Source of the DNA: Neoechinorhynchus agilis
Lineage: Eukaryota; Animalia; Acanthocephala
Assembly: GCA_051530055.1 (NCBI GenBank)
Contig: CM121341.1
Location: 15,106,784 to 15,170,783 of the forward strand
Reading direction: 5' to 3'
Length of the DNA: 64,000 nt
Shown: piece after piece, positions 49,469 through 64,000 of the stretch
How positions within the stretch are numbered: the stretch's first letter is position 1
Layout: every line of letters begins with the position of its first letter
Notes under the pieces: model-generated
What the model was told of the DNA's origin: nothing
What the model saw: only the letters and a program-made list of their open reading frames with translations
The model's database searches: none
Translations under genes and position numbers: made by a program

Positions 49469-51025
49469 CTACAATGTAAAGAATGTTTTAAGAACTATAA
49501 AATCGATTCATAAAATGGTAGCGAAAGGTTTGTTTGTTTATTTTTCAAAAGACAATTAGAATCGAATGTTTAATTTTGCGAATAAAATAAAAATATTTTA
49601 TATAATCGCAAAATTTTCAATCTCAATATGTTAAATGCCTTATTTATTTAAAATTATTTTAAAAATTCAAAATGTGGAAAATAAAGCACATGAATAGTTC
49701 GTAAAATTCTTTCCAGCATCTAATAGAAGGGCATGCATAAACTCAAACCTTGGGCCATTCTTTAATAAACTAAAACGTTTAAACCATAGAATCAAAAAAT
49801 TAATACATGCTATTCCTGATCCCTTACCACCATTCTAAACATTTATGACAGGATCCTTCTGCTTTTTTTGGAAGAGGTCGTCTACCGGATTTTAAACTTA
49901 ATTTTTCAAAAAAAATTATTAATAAATCCAATAAAATATTTCGTCGAAGCATTTTAAACAAAAATTGGAATCCTTTTTATGGAAAATATATATTACTAAA
50001 TTTTTTCCTTATCATGGAGCAATTAAGCAAGCCAAAATCATCGTATATCAGGACAAGCTCTCACTTACAAATAAAGACAGCGATCTCATTAAAGACATCG
50101 AAGGAAATGATCTATTACAAATACTTGAAATTCTTGAAAAATTAATCATAAGGATAAATCAATGATAATATCAAATGTTTACAATCATTCAAACAGAAAC
50201 CTTGGATAAAAACTAATTCACATGAAAAACAATTGAGCCTTTTTGTTATTTTTATTCTTGTTTTTGTTTTCCCAAAAACATATCATTCCGTTTTTAACGT
50301 ACTCCCTCAATCATTTTTTTTATTTTGCTGCTATATAGAAGCTGAGATCAGGCAAGGGAGTCCTGAATTCTAAGAGCTTCTAGCATGTCCCGTGCGGGAT
50401 AATTATTTTGTCAATTTAATGTTTCTTTTGGTACTTATTCCTGATCTACTCGGCTTTTGGTAGATATCAGGAGGAAGTAAACAATGGTAAAAGTCGACAA
50501 AGTTCAGCTCATAATGGCTGTACAGGATCAAAGATGCTAAATGGGACCGGATTGTATGCATCCTTATTTAAATAAAAATATTTAAAATTATTTTAAAAAT
50601 TCAAAATGTGGAAAATAAAGCAGCACATGAATAATTCACATGAACTATTTGAAGTGGTACCTAATGATGAACAAGAGAAATTTCGACCTATTTTCTGGGA
50701 AAATAAGGAAATTATCAAAAACTGAAAAAAATACCACTATGTATTCTAAATCATAGCATTTCTTTACATTCACACCACCGCTCTGGATCACTCAACTGCT
50801 GTCTTGGTGTAATGGTAGAAAAGACGGATGCAGCGTTCCCGCCATCATATATTTTCAAAATCAACAGTACCCTTCAAGAACAAACATCACGATATAAAAT
50901 TCTAAATAATCGACTGACGAAATATATATAAAGATCAATCGGATGCTTTTTCTTCCAGTCTTTTAAAAGAAATGAAACCACTTCTGTAAACATTTTGGCT
51001 TAACCCTTCGTTCTGTGTGTTAAAA

Positions 51026-52357
51026 ATGCTCCGTTTACTCTTTATGGGACGAGTATTCTCAAATTCCATCAGTTCAAAATCTCCCGGTGGTCTCCAACCG
51101 AAAACTTCTTTGCGGGGAACTCCATATAACTTCCAAGATGTGCAAACAAGCATCCGGTACCTCGAAAGTGAAGCTTACGCTCAGGCGTATGGCAAAGAGC
51201 CGGTTTGGCGCAATTACAGACGAAACTTTAAGTCTCATTTTCCAACAGCCATCACGAGGCGCTTTTGTGTAAATGTGATCAATTCTCTTTTTTATTTTCT
51301 CAATAGGCAAAAAAAGAGCTTTGTTGTATATTTTGAGCTCAAAGAATTTGTCTTTCAACATGCTAAAACCTCTCGCTATCCAAGGTCTGAAAATGGTTAG
51401 TCGCAGCTATTCGTATCGGAGAATCAGCTATTCAAAAAGGGGAAATACTGAAACTCTAGGAGACAATGAAAGATGCTCCTGAGTTCCCATGTTAAAAAAT
51501 ATGATTTTTGTTTTAAATTATGAAAAATATTATTTGACCTTCTAGAATATTGAAATATTTACTAATATCTCCAAAATTACTTTAAAACGTTAAAAAATAA
51601 GTCAAATTTGAATTGTGGTGATCACCGAATGGAAAATATTAGATTGAAACATTTCAAATGAGAAAAGATATTAGTTATTTTGTAAGGCTCGGGAACGCCG
51701 GATCGCCCGAGGTTCGAGAATAGTATGCCGGTCCCTTTGTTTATGTGGCGTTTTGCCTAACACGTCAATGGTCGATAGCACCTTAAGCTAAAGTTTTGTT
51801 TCTTTCCATTGTGTTGTACGCCGTTTTTTAAGGCTTTACTCCTCGACAAAATGCGTGCCGTCAAAATCTGCGTAATGTCGAAAAAATCCTTCTTAGATGT
51901 TTGATGAGACGAGGCCTCCTCTTCCAAAATATTTTAATAAAATATTTTCTATCCGTGCTCCTTGATGCTTAAAAATTGAGAAATGTTCAATTTAAGAGAC
52001 AACGTCTACATAACAGGCCATCCATGTCCCTTATGCCGAGATGAATATTTAGTGGTGGACGCCTCAAATATTCGATTAATTTCTCAATTTATTTGCCCTG
52101 AAACAGACCAGTTGTACGGAACTGGAGTGACTCATGTGTGCCGAGCGCAACATCTTATGCTTCAGGTTGCGGTTGAACGAGCCAGGCGTCGTGCGTGGAT
52201 AATCTATCGGATTCCACCAAGACAATACGATTATGATCTTTATTACGGTAAACATTGCGTTGAGGACAAGCTTTTGGATGTTGTAATGAAGGCTAAAGAA
52301 ATGAAAACCGTTGATCTTAATGCAGTCGTGGATAAGTTAAGAGAACAACATGATTGA
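51026..52357 (+). CDS. MRPS18B: Mitochondrial ribosomal protein S18B; exons 51026-51271 and 51995-52357
   Basis: YLESEAY...YG..PVWRNYRRNFK...TRRFC and GHPCPLCRD...SQFIC...VC..QH motifs. Confidence 0.88.
51272..51994 (+). other. Non-canonical intervening sequence in MRPS18B (723 nt)
   Basis: Splits RRFCV/RDNVYITGHPC; TAA repeat at both junctions; ends complementary (AATGTGATCAATTCTC vs GAGAAATGTTCAATT); GT donors are phase 0 while the AGs are phase 1 or 2. Confidence 0.7.
51604..51857. mobile_element. Truncated copy of the MITE-like element at 6959-7362, nested in the MRPS18B intervening sequence
   Basis: 254 bp nearly identical to 6959-7212 (one mismatch noticed); the right TIR is missing. 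Confidence 0.85.
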
Positions 52358-53182
52358 TGGCGAGTGATCAAAGATGATCAACTTTTGTAATGTTGAAAAG
52401 TTTCAATAATCTTTCATTTTAAAGTTAATACTGGTTTTTTGCAGGTCTTTAAGTCGAATTTTTGAATCTGCTAAAAAATCTTAACTAATAAACAATATAT
52501 TTCCAATTCTTCAAATTTAGCACTTCAGTGCAATTTATATCATAGTCATAAAGCACACGATGCCATCGGACAGTCTGTAGTGCTGAATAGAACGTGGTTT
52601 CATTTCTGTCAGTTCAATGGACTTTTTACGGTTGGTTTTAATAACACTTTTCCTTCGTCTATGAAATCACACTTTTTCGTAAATACGTTCTGCCAAAATA
52701 AAAGTCTCATAGTTGAGGTCCACCGAAAGCAAAAATTTAAAAAGATTTTTTAATAGGAGTTCACAAAAAAGTGGGCTTTGCTATGCAAACAAACGCCGAG
52801 GTTACTTCAGTTTCCCATTTACGCTCTGGGATTCCTGCTCCAAACTGGAACGCTGGTACAATATGAGGAGTTTGTCCCGTGATCGGAAATAACCCATTTG
52901 ACAAACAGAATTCATTTTCATTTGTCTTATATAAATTGTACAAATAAACGAAAAGTCGTCGTAGCTATATTAAAATAAGTTCACTCAGTACATAACGACG
53001 CGTTGATTCCAAAACTGTTTTCAGATTCGCGAGCGCTCTCATGGTTCTCGGGTTATTCGTGTTTATATGTTCGATTTAGAGCGACGAAATTATTCCTTAG
53101 CACTATAAATTTGAATATTTTTTATTGCTATTCTAGAATTTGATTGAAAGAAGTGATGTAACACCCAATCTCTCGATTGCAG

Positions 53183-53711
53183 ATGGTATCGACATCACCA
53201 AGCGATTCGTCCATGTCCCTTTCTCACCGACTATTGCTTTCTCAGTTTATTTGCGAATTCCAAGATGATGAAGATGGGTTAAGATCCATACAGAAATCAG
53301 CGTACGACGTAGTCTACATTGGTACCACATACAAGGACAAGTGCGTAGTACCATTGTAACAAAGGATGCCGACTTGTGAAGCGGATGCTGCTGAATCCAC
53401 AATTATCCGCCATGGGGACGCCAAGAGATGCTATAATGTTCATCGGAGTGGAAATATGGCCTATCCTTTTTAATCATAGTATCACTAAGTTACTCACAAA
53501 AGACGAGAAAGTGTTCGTTATTTGCGATTATGAACACAAATGGACATCGCCTGTCTTGAACAAAAGCGAACAACTTTTAGTGGGATTCACGTGTAACCTC
53601 ACTCGTTCAATACTCCAGAACCTAGGGTTCGAGTGCAGGGTAAGGACGGAACCATTATACGCGAAAAGAATGAACGGTTTAGATGTTCTCACGTTTTTAA
53701 TTGAACTCTGA
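53183..53711 (+). CDS. TRAPPC6: TRAPP complex subunit 6 (Trs33)-like; exons 53183-53311 and 53364-53711
   Basis: IMFIGVEIWPILFNHSITKL..VFVICD and GFTCNLTRSILQNLGFECRV align by eye to TRAPPC6; AYDV/GCRLVKRM corresponds to GFRVGQGLIERF. Confidence 0.75.
53312..53363 (+). other. Non-canonical intervening sequence in the TRAPPC6-like gene (52 nt hairpin)
   Basis: 12/14 stem at 53315-53328 and 53345-53358; GT donors are phase 0 and the AG acceptor is phase 1; contains an in-frame stop. Confidence 0.7.
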
Positions 53712-53853
53712 TAGCGTTTAAACAAAAAAATCTCCTTAAAAACGAAGGTTAAACTTCTGAGAGTTGAAATGTTCGAAATGAGCGGAGATTATAGCGAGCA
53801 CAAAACAGACTATCTTATTGAGGAGGATAATCAACGAAATAGATAGCGTTAGA

Positions 53854-54470
53854 TCATTCATGCCCGTGGAAAGGACAGATGCAACGTTCCCCCGTTACAC
53901 AGCCAGACTTATGTTTTGTAGAAGGAAATCTCGGATCGCCAGTGATTCGTCTCAAAATATTTTGCACGTTTAATGTATCACAAAATGCGCCAAATACTCC
54001 CATTAAACGTACAAGCGTATTTAAGTCAAATTTAATAGTAAGATGAGCACGTCTTAAAGAAAAAGAGATTAACGAAGAATTATTCCATTTGTTAAATGAT
54101 CTGATCATTTAAGAGTGCAAAAGGGATTTGTATCAAAGGGAATAATGCTATGAAACATTCACATAAACGCACTACAAAAAGACCGACAATTTCGTTTAGC
54201 CTTTCGATTGAATATCTGATCGTTTTCACGTGATATTTTGAACGTTTTGGTTGTGCAGTTTTTGTTTTAAAACTAGTAAATTTCATCAATAAAAACTAAC
54301 TTAAATTGTGTTCATCAGTCGTATTGAAAGGCTCAGAAAGTCTTGCGATCATCAGAGCTTCAAGATATATGCTCGTTAGACATTCATCATTGCCGTATAC
54401 ATGCTTCGCGATCTGTTGTGCTCCACGCCTCGCATCAACAATTGAGCATAGTTTGTGTTGTTTATAAACA
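53854..54470 (-). CDS. Possible multi-exon gene of unknown function
   Basis: Three adjacent minus-strand ORF pieces and a GTTAGT donor; no family recognised and start codon unresolved. Confidence 0.25.
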
Positions 54471-54491
54471 CACGGAGAAAAACAACATCTT

Positions 54492-56942
54492 TCATTCGGA
54501 ATCTTCTTCTGAAGGATCATCCTCTTCAGAGTCGTCATCCGAAGCACTCGAAATGTCCATCATTTCGTCGTCGCTACCGTCAGTCATGTCTTCATCGCCT
54601 TCTTCAGGTTCATTCTTTTCCTTTTCCTTCTCCTCCTTCAAACTGACTTTGATAGCCTTCGCGTTAACCTCTTTTTTCTTTAAAACAGTCCCCTTTTCCT
54701 TGGGTTCCTGAGTCTTTTTCACTTCATGCTTTTTTGAAGTTACCTTGTGCTTTTTAGTCCCCTCTTTGGCTTCCGCTTTCTCAAGCTTTTGCTGCTTTAA
54801 GGGGGAAGCATCGGATTGGGACGCTTCAGCTGTTCGTTTTGTAGCCGCAAATTTATATCCCACAACAAGCCGGCTATTATCAATGGTCAAGCCGGACGTC
54901 TCTTTTAGAGCTTGGGCTGCCTGATCCTCAGTTTCGAAGAAAACAAAAGCAACTCTCGGTTTCTTCTTTCCTTGATTCAAAATCGAAAAAGACTTTGCAT
55001 TTTTATACAAAGCTTTAAGATCGTCTTCTGTAAACGCCTTTTTGAATCCGCTCACATGCAGAGCAGTCTTATTGAACTCATGAACATCTTTATCCGCATT
55101 CTTGTTATTCTTTGCAATCGCTTGCAATATCGTCACTTTTGTTTTGGCGTTATCTTTAAGTTCAATACTGCCCATATCCACATATTTCTTAACCTGCGAA
55201 ACTTCTGCGAATCTCACAAATGCAAAGAATCGTCGGATTCTTTTGATCTTATTGTGGTGAATAGAGACCGAAACGCACTCAGGGAACGAATCCATCAGAA
55301 TCTCTTTTGTAATATTCTCATTGATACCTTTCACGAAAATCGAATCGTCGTTATAATTAAGCTTTGTTCGGTCTATCGACGGTGATGCTTTTCGAACAAC
55401 GCACTTCTGACCCTTTATCGTTGCGCCGTGGATCAAATGATCGAAGTTGCGCTGAGCTTCAGCTTCATCCGCAAACTCGATGAGACTGAACAATCGGTCG
55501 TCACGACGTCTCAAATGAATTGATTTTGGAGACGAAACAAAAACTGAACGTACATCTTCCTCGCTAGTATCCTTGGGAATAGTTTGAATAAAAAGCCAAT
55601 TAACATGCTCACCCGGTCCATAAAGAAGATGTGCAGGTACTTCCTTCTTGTCTAAAGAAACCCTAACCGTTGACTCCTTGGATTTCTTTGCAGCTGGTGG
55701 GGTTCCAATCGCGGGACCACTCTTTTCTTTTGTTTCGGACGAACACTTTTCCTTTTTACTTGCCTTAGACTTTTTGTTGGAAACTTTCTTCGGCAATTCA
55801 ACCTCTTGAACTTCATCTTCCTTCATTGCCATTTTCTTTTTCTGCGGTTTCATGGATTTCTGTTTCTTTTCCGGTTTAACGGGCTCCTCGTCTTCTTCTG
55901 AAGACAATTCAATCGACTCATCATCACTTTCTTCGTCAGAAGTATCCGGTGTTTGCTTTGCCACCTTTTTTTTCAGAGACTTCGCCGACTTTGATGGTTT
56001 TCCTTGTTTAGTTAACTCTTTATTTAAAGGTTTCTGCTTCTTCTTTACCGTTGTTGTCTTCACAGGTTCTTCATCATCTGAAGACAAATCCATAGACTCG
56101 TCCTCACTCGCTTCTTCCTTTTCCTTCAAATCCAACTTCACATTTTTGACTTTAGCGCCTTTTGGCGGTTGGACTGGTTCGTCATCTGAGGAAATGTCCA
56201 TAGATTCATCGTCACTGTCCTCATCGGAGTCACCGTCACTTTCCTCATCCTGATCTTTTAGTGTCTTCTTAGTCGGTTTCATGTTCTCGTTATCATCGCT
56301 AGAAATGTCCACCGATTCAACTTCGAGCACTTGTTTCTTTTTTAAGCCCTTGACGAGCGCCTTTTTTTTCTCTTCGATCTCAGCTTCTTCTTCAGAAGAA
56401 GAGTTTTGAACAAGCGAATCGTCATCACTATCCAAAGACTCGTCATCGTCTTCACTGTCCGTCTCCGCTTTGACGGCAACCTTCTTTTCCTTCATCTGCT
56501 TGACTTTTTTCCTTTCAGTTCCGAAATCCTCATGAACACTATCGCTGCCTTCGTCAAAAGAATCATTATCTTCATCCACGTCGAATTTCACCATCCGTTC
56601 TCGCTTTTTAAAGTCCCTATCATTTCGGTTGTTGTTGTTGCTGAATCCACCACGCCCACGACTCCGTTCAAACCTGCGTCCGCCACGGTTGAACCCATCG
56701 CCGCCGCCCCGACCACCACGAAAACCACGATTAAAGCCTCGACCGCCCTGACGGACGCCGCGATCTCCACCACGACCACGCTGAAAACCACCGCTCCTAC
56801 CTCTTCTTTGAACGTTGTTAAACGGCATCTTGTAGCGAAGGACGAGCGGAAGATAATTTGGGATGCTGAGTTTTGTGTGTGCGTTTATTGGATGGCGAAG
56901 CAAGACGAGAGTAGAAGGCGGAGAGATACGAAAGAACGACAT
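54492..56942 (-). CDS. Nucleolin-like RNA-binding protein (RGG box, acidic/basic tracts, three RRMs); intronless, true start possibly 56828
   Basis: 816-codon ORF; RGGRGGF-type repeats; D/E/S tracts alternating with K-rich blocks; RNP motifs LFIQTIP/FSLIEF, IFVKGI/FAFVRF and LHVSGF/VAFVFF. Confidence 0.8.
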   Translation of the reverse strand: MSFFRISPPSTLVLLRHPINAHTKLSIPNYLPLVLRYKMPFNNVQRRGRSGGFQRGRGGDRGVRQGGRGFNRGFRGGRGGGDGFNRGGRRFERSRGRGGFSNNNNRNDRDFKKRERMVKFDVDEDNDSFDEGSDSVHEDFGTERKKVKQMKEKKVAVKAETDSEDDDESLDSDDDSLVQNSSSEEEAEIEEKKKALVKGLKKKQVLEVESVDISSDDNENMKPTKKTLKDQDEESDGDSDEDSDDESMDISSDDEPVQPPKGAKVKNVKLDLKEKEEASEDESMDLSSDDEEPVKTTTVKKKQKPLNKELTKQGKPSKSAKSLKKKVAKQTPDTSDEESDDESIELSSEEDEEPVKPEKKQKSMKPQKKKMAMKEDEVQEVELPKKVSNKKSKASKKEKCSSETKEKSGPAIGTPPAAKKSKESTVRVSLDKKEVPAHLLYGPGEHVNWLFIQTIPKDTSEEDVRSVFVSSPKSIHLRRRDDRLFSLIEFADEAEAQRNFDHLIHGATIKGQKCVVRKASPSIDRTKLNYNDDSIFVKGINENITKEILMDSFPECVSVSIHHNKIKRIRRFFAFVRFAEVSQVKKYVDMGSIELKDNAKTKVTILQAIAKNNKNADKDVHEFNKTALHVSGFKKAFTEDDLKALYKNAKSFSILNQGKKKPRVAFVFFETEDQAAQALKETSGLTIDNSRLVVGYKFAATKRTAEASQSDASPLKQQKLEKAEAKEGTKKHKVTSKKHEVKKTQEPKEKGTVLKKKEVNAKAIKVSLKEEKEKEKNEPEEGDEDMTDGSDDEMMDISSASDDDSEEDDPSEEDSE

Positions 56943-57683
56943 TTGGAAATGACGAGCGAATCTACATCACACGGAGAAAATGTTTTCATGTGGACACTAC
57001 GAAACGGACGAAATATCGTCTGTGTGTATGTATGCGAATAAACAATTGCTTCCAAGTTAAGTAGAAAACTCGAGCAATTTTTTTCTAACAATTTTTTTTC
57101 ATTTACACACACAACAACAAAACGTTTATACAATCACCACCGTCCACGAAGACCAGCAATTGAATTGATAAAATGATTCTGATTCAGCCGGTCGAAATAT
57201 ATTCATTCGTCTATTTAACGCTCCGCCTCCTCCTCTCGAGTGTTTATAAACGACTGCAAAATAACAATACATATCTAATCGTCACTCTATAAATGATCAT
57301 TTGCTTATTTATTTCAACATTGGTAGCAGTATTAATTCCACAAAGGCAGTCTTAAATTCCAGGGCTACATCGGGCCTAGTTTTCTATTCGATAAGTAGAT
57401 TGCCTGAAAAGCAGCCTAATCCTCGGATTTATGGACATGGAACACCCGCTTCTTCACTCATGCGAAGCAGTTTTGTACGAAAACAGGATTGTCTGAACAC
57501 TATAAAACCCTAACCTCTACCTTTTAGACTTGAAGAAGTTCGACGAAACGGACGAAATATTGTGTGTGCGTGTGAATAGTGAATTACAATCATAAACAAA
57601 AATGTATCCATGTAAGCAGCTTGTTTACAGTGGCCCTTGAGTTATTTTGTCTTGGGAAAAACGTACAAAAGCGCTGTTTCGTG

Positions 57684-62165
<4,482 letters not shown>

Positions 62166-62168
<3 letters not shown>

Positions 62169-62238
62169 CCCCGACGAGACTTGAACTCGCAACCTTCTGA
62201 TCTGGAGTCAGACGCTCTACCAATTGAGCCACGGAGTC
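62166..62238 (-). tRNA. trnW-CCA: tRNA-Trp (CCA), 73 nt, intronless
   Basis: GACTCCG/CGGGGTC acceptor stem, GCTC/GAGC D stem, TCTGA-CTCCAGA-TCAGA anticodon arm, GTTCAAGT T-loop. Confidence 0.97.
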
Positions 62239-62657
62239 TATTCGTGGCGTTTTCTCAACTATTTAATGACTAGGATTATTTATTTGAAAAAATGTCCTTT
62301 TTATTACTATTTAAATTATGGACGAAAATATTGTTTAGACTCAATTGTAATGATAAATTTTTAAGACAAAAGGTATTGTTTTCGATGGTAAATTTTATAA
62401 ATTCGATTAACTCTAGCGACTGAGAGTATCAGTTTTGGTGAGTCTGTCAGAGGTTTCTAGTCAAACATACAAATAAGATTAAAACATTGAACTATTTGTG
62501 GATTTCTCAGTCAACGCCGAAAACGTCATAATTATGAATTCTTCAATGAAATGTTACAACCCATTTTATATGTGGCTAAAATCGGTTCTCTTTTATTAAG
62601 ATTTTAAAACCTTAAAGAACGATTTCGCTTTTCCAACGTTCGTGGATAAAATACGAA

Positions 62658-63988
62658 CTACTCAACGACACAAAAAAGCAATGGTCCACAATCCGTTGGT
62701 CCAATATAACTGTTATTGAACATTAAAAGTCGTCCGTCGCTTTCAACTACCGTATCTGCCAGAAGAGACTTCATCGGTGTTTGTGGTACTTTGAGCACAG
62801 TTCTGATCCATTCGATTGGTTTTTCATCGAAGGTCGTATAAAGTCTTAATTGACCTTTGCGATCAGCGACTGTTCTATATCCAACATACGACTCGTGATT
62901 GGCTAAAGATAAAATGATGGGAATTCCGCAACTTGAGAGCGTACAGATTGATAACGGCGGAACTCGGGGTGGATCATCACTAATTATAAGACTCCATTGG
63001 TTAATGTACAGGTCTAGCAACCAGATTTCGAATGTTCCCATGCTTGGAGATTGTATGTCCTTTTTGGCACTCACAAGAGCAATGACTTTATTATCATCGC
63101 AAAACGACTTAAGTGCGTGGCAGTGTTTAAAAGAACTCTGTTCAAATGGATCATTTAAGAAGCGGGCGTTACTTTGATCCATTTTATGCTTTTAGTATTG
63201 AAGAAACTTTAATGCTGGCGCAAAGAAATTTATTAGTAGAAAACTAATATAATCGAGTTGAACGTTTTCAATTTTTTGAGGATTTATAAAATACTGGATT
63301 TAGGGTTGCAGAATATCTACAGAGGTCTTGTTGAATATCCAAAATTTTGAACTAGCGGCTAAATAGTTGAAATCAAAGAAACATAGAAACGAGTATGGGT
63401 GAATTTTGAGCATAAAAGTGGATCAAACATCTTAAACCATAAAGCAGGCGCAGTTTCCTTTTGTTCCCAGTTAAGCAAGTTCAAATATAGGATCCATACT
63501 TTAGGCTGATATTTATAGAAAGTATCGATTACCAGAATCGAAGTTCCCAACACACAGCTCTTATGTTCAAACAGTGACGGTGTCCGTTCACCGTCGATTT
63601 TAACCTGCTTCCACAGATGATCACTCAAACTCATCGCGAAGGTCTCGGCACTCGTCCTTCCAAATGACAATCCACCGTGTAAAACTAGAAATTGACCACC
63701 ATTCGTGTCTACATAATCCAAAAGTCCGCCCATTCTACCAATCTTGCATCGATTTCCAGTCGCAATTTCATTCCACCGCAATTCATCACTGTTCGTTCTC
63801 CATAAATCATTAAATAAATTATCAAAGTTTATTCCTCCATACATGTAAATGTATTGGCCTGCTTTGCACAAAAGCGGTAAAATTCTGGTGCGCATCTTTT
63901 CCTCTCCATTTTCAATCACACGCAAGCTATCGAACGATAGCTTCGGTATATCGAGCTCGAACTTAGTCCTAAGAATAATATTCGCCAT
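62658..63988 (-). CDS. Kelch-repeat beta-propeller protein (multi-exon)
   Basis: IYMYGG..FNDLW..W and LVLHGG....W kelch signatures in ORF 63359-63988; a further exon at 62658-63182 and a probable small middle exon. Confidence 0.7.
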
Positions 63989-64000
63989 TGCTCGCCATTC

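Noticed and set aside
50780-50880. Possible pogo-type transposase remnant (DG.SVPAIIYF)
   Set aside because: Too short and degenerate to support without a profile search.
57579-57683. N-terminal extension of retrotransposon ORF1 given by the ORF track
   Set aside because: It begins at a GTG upstream of the TSD, in host flanking DNA.
63330-63450. A seventh non-canonical junction in the kelch gene
   Set aside because: A 31-nt GT-AG intron restores the frame, there is no terminal stem, and no conserved motif fixes the junction.

Overview
Gene-dense eukaryotic DNA, most likely from an animal with a compact genome (inferred from an MRPS18B orthologue, a presequence-bearing pyruvate carboxylase, and mostly short ~30-60 nt GT-AG introns). 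It contains PSMA3, SSU72, a SUGP1-like gene, a ZC3H11A-like gene, PC, mitochondrial SerRS, MRPS18B, a TRAPPC6-like gene, a nucleolin-like gene, a kelch-repeat gene and tRNA-Trp(CCA). Repeats include a ~23.7 kb array of a 204-bp satellite, two decayed Penelope-like elements, a MITE-like family, and a near full-length APE-RT non-LTR retrotransposon with a 10-bp TSD inserted about 80 bp downstream of the tRNA. Main discovery: six conserved genes (PSMA3, SSU72, SUGP1, PC, MRPS18B, TRAPPC6) are each interrupted by a 52-947 nt intervening sequence. GT-AG splicing cannot remove these while keeping the conserved protein. All six have complementary ends and a TA (twice AA) direct repeat in a shared register. 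This points to structure-defined non-canonical introns or IES-like DNA excision; the mechanism is inference and needs cDNA and read data. Exon structures were derived by hand against remembered family motifs; no database search was run.
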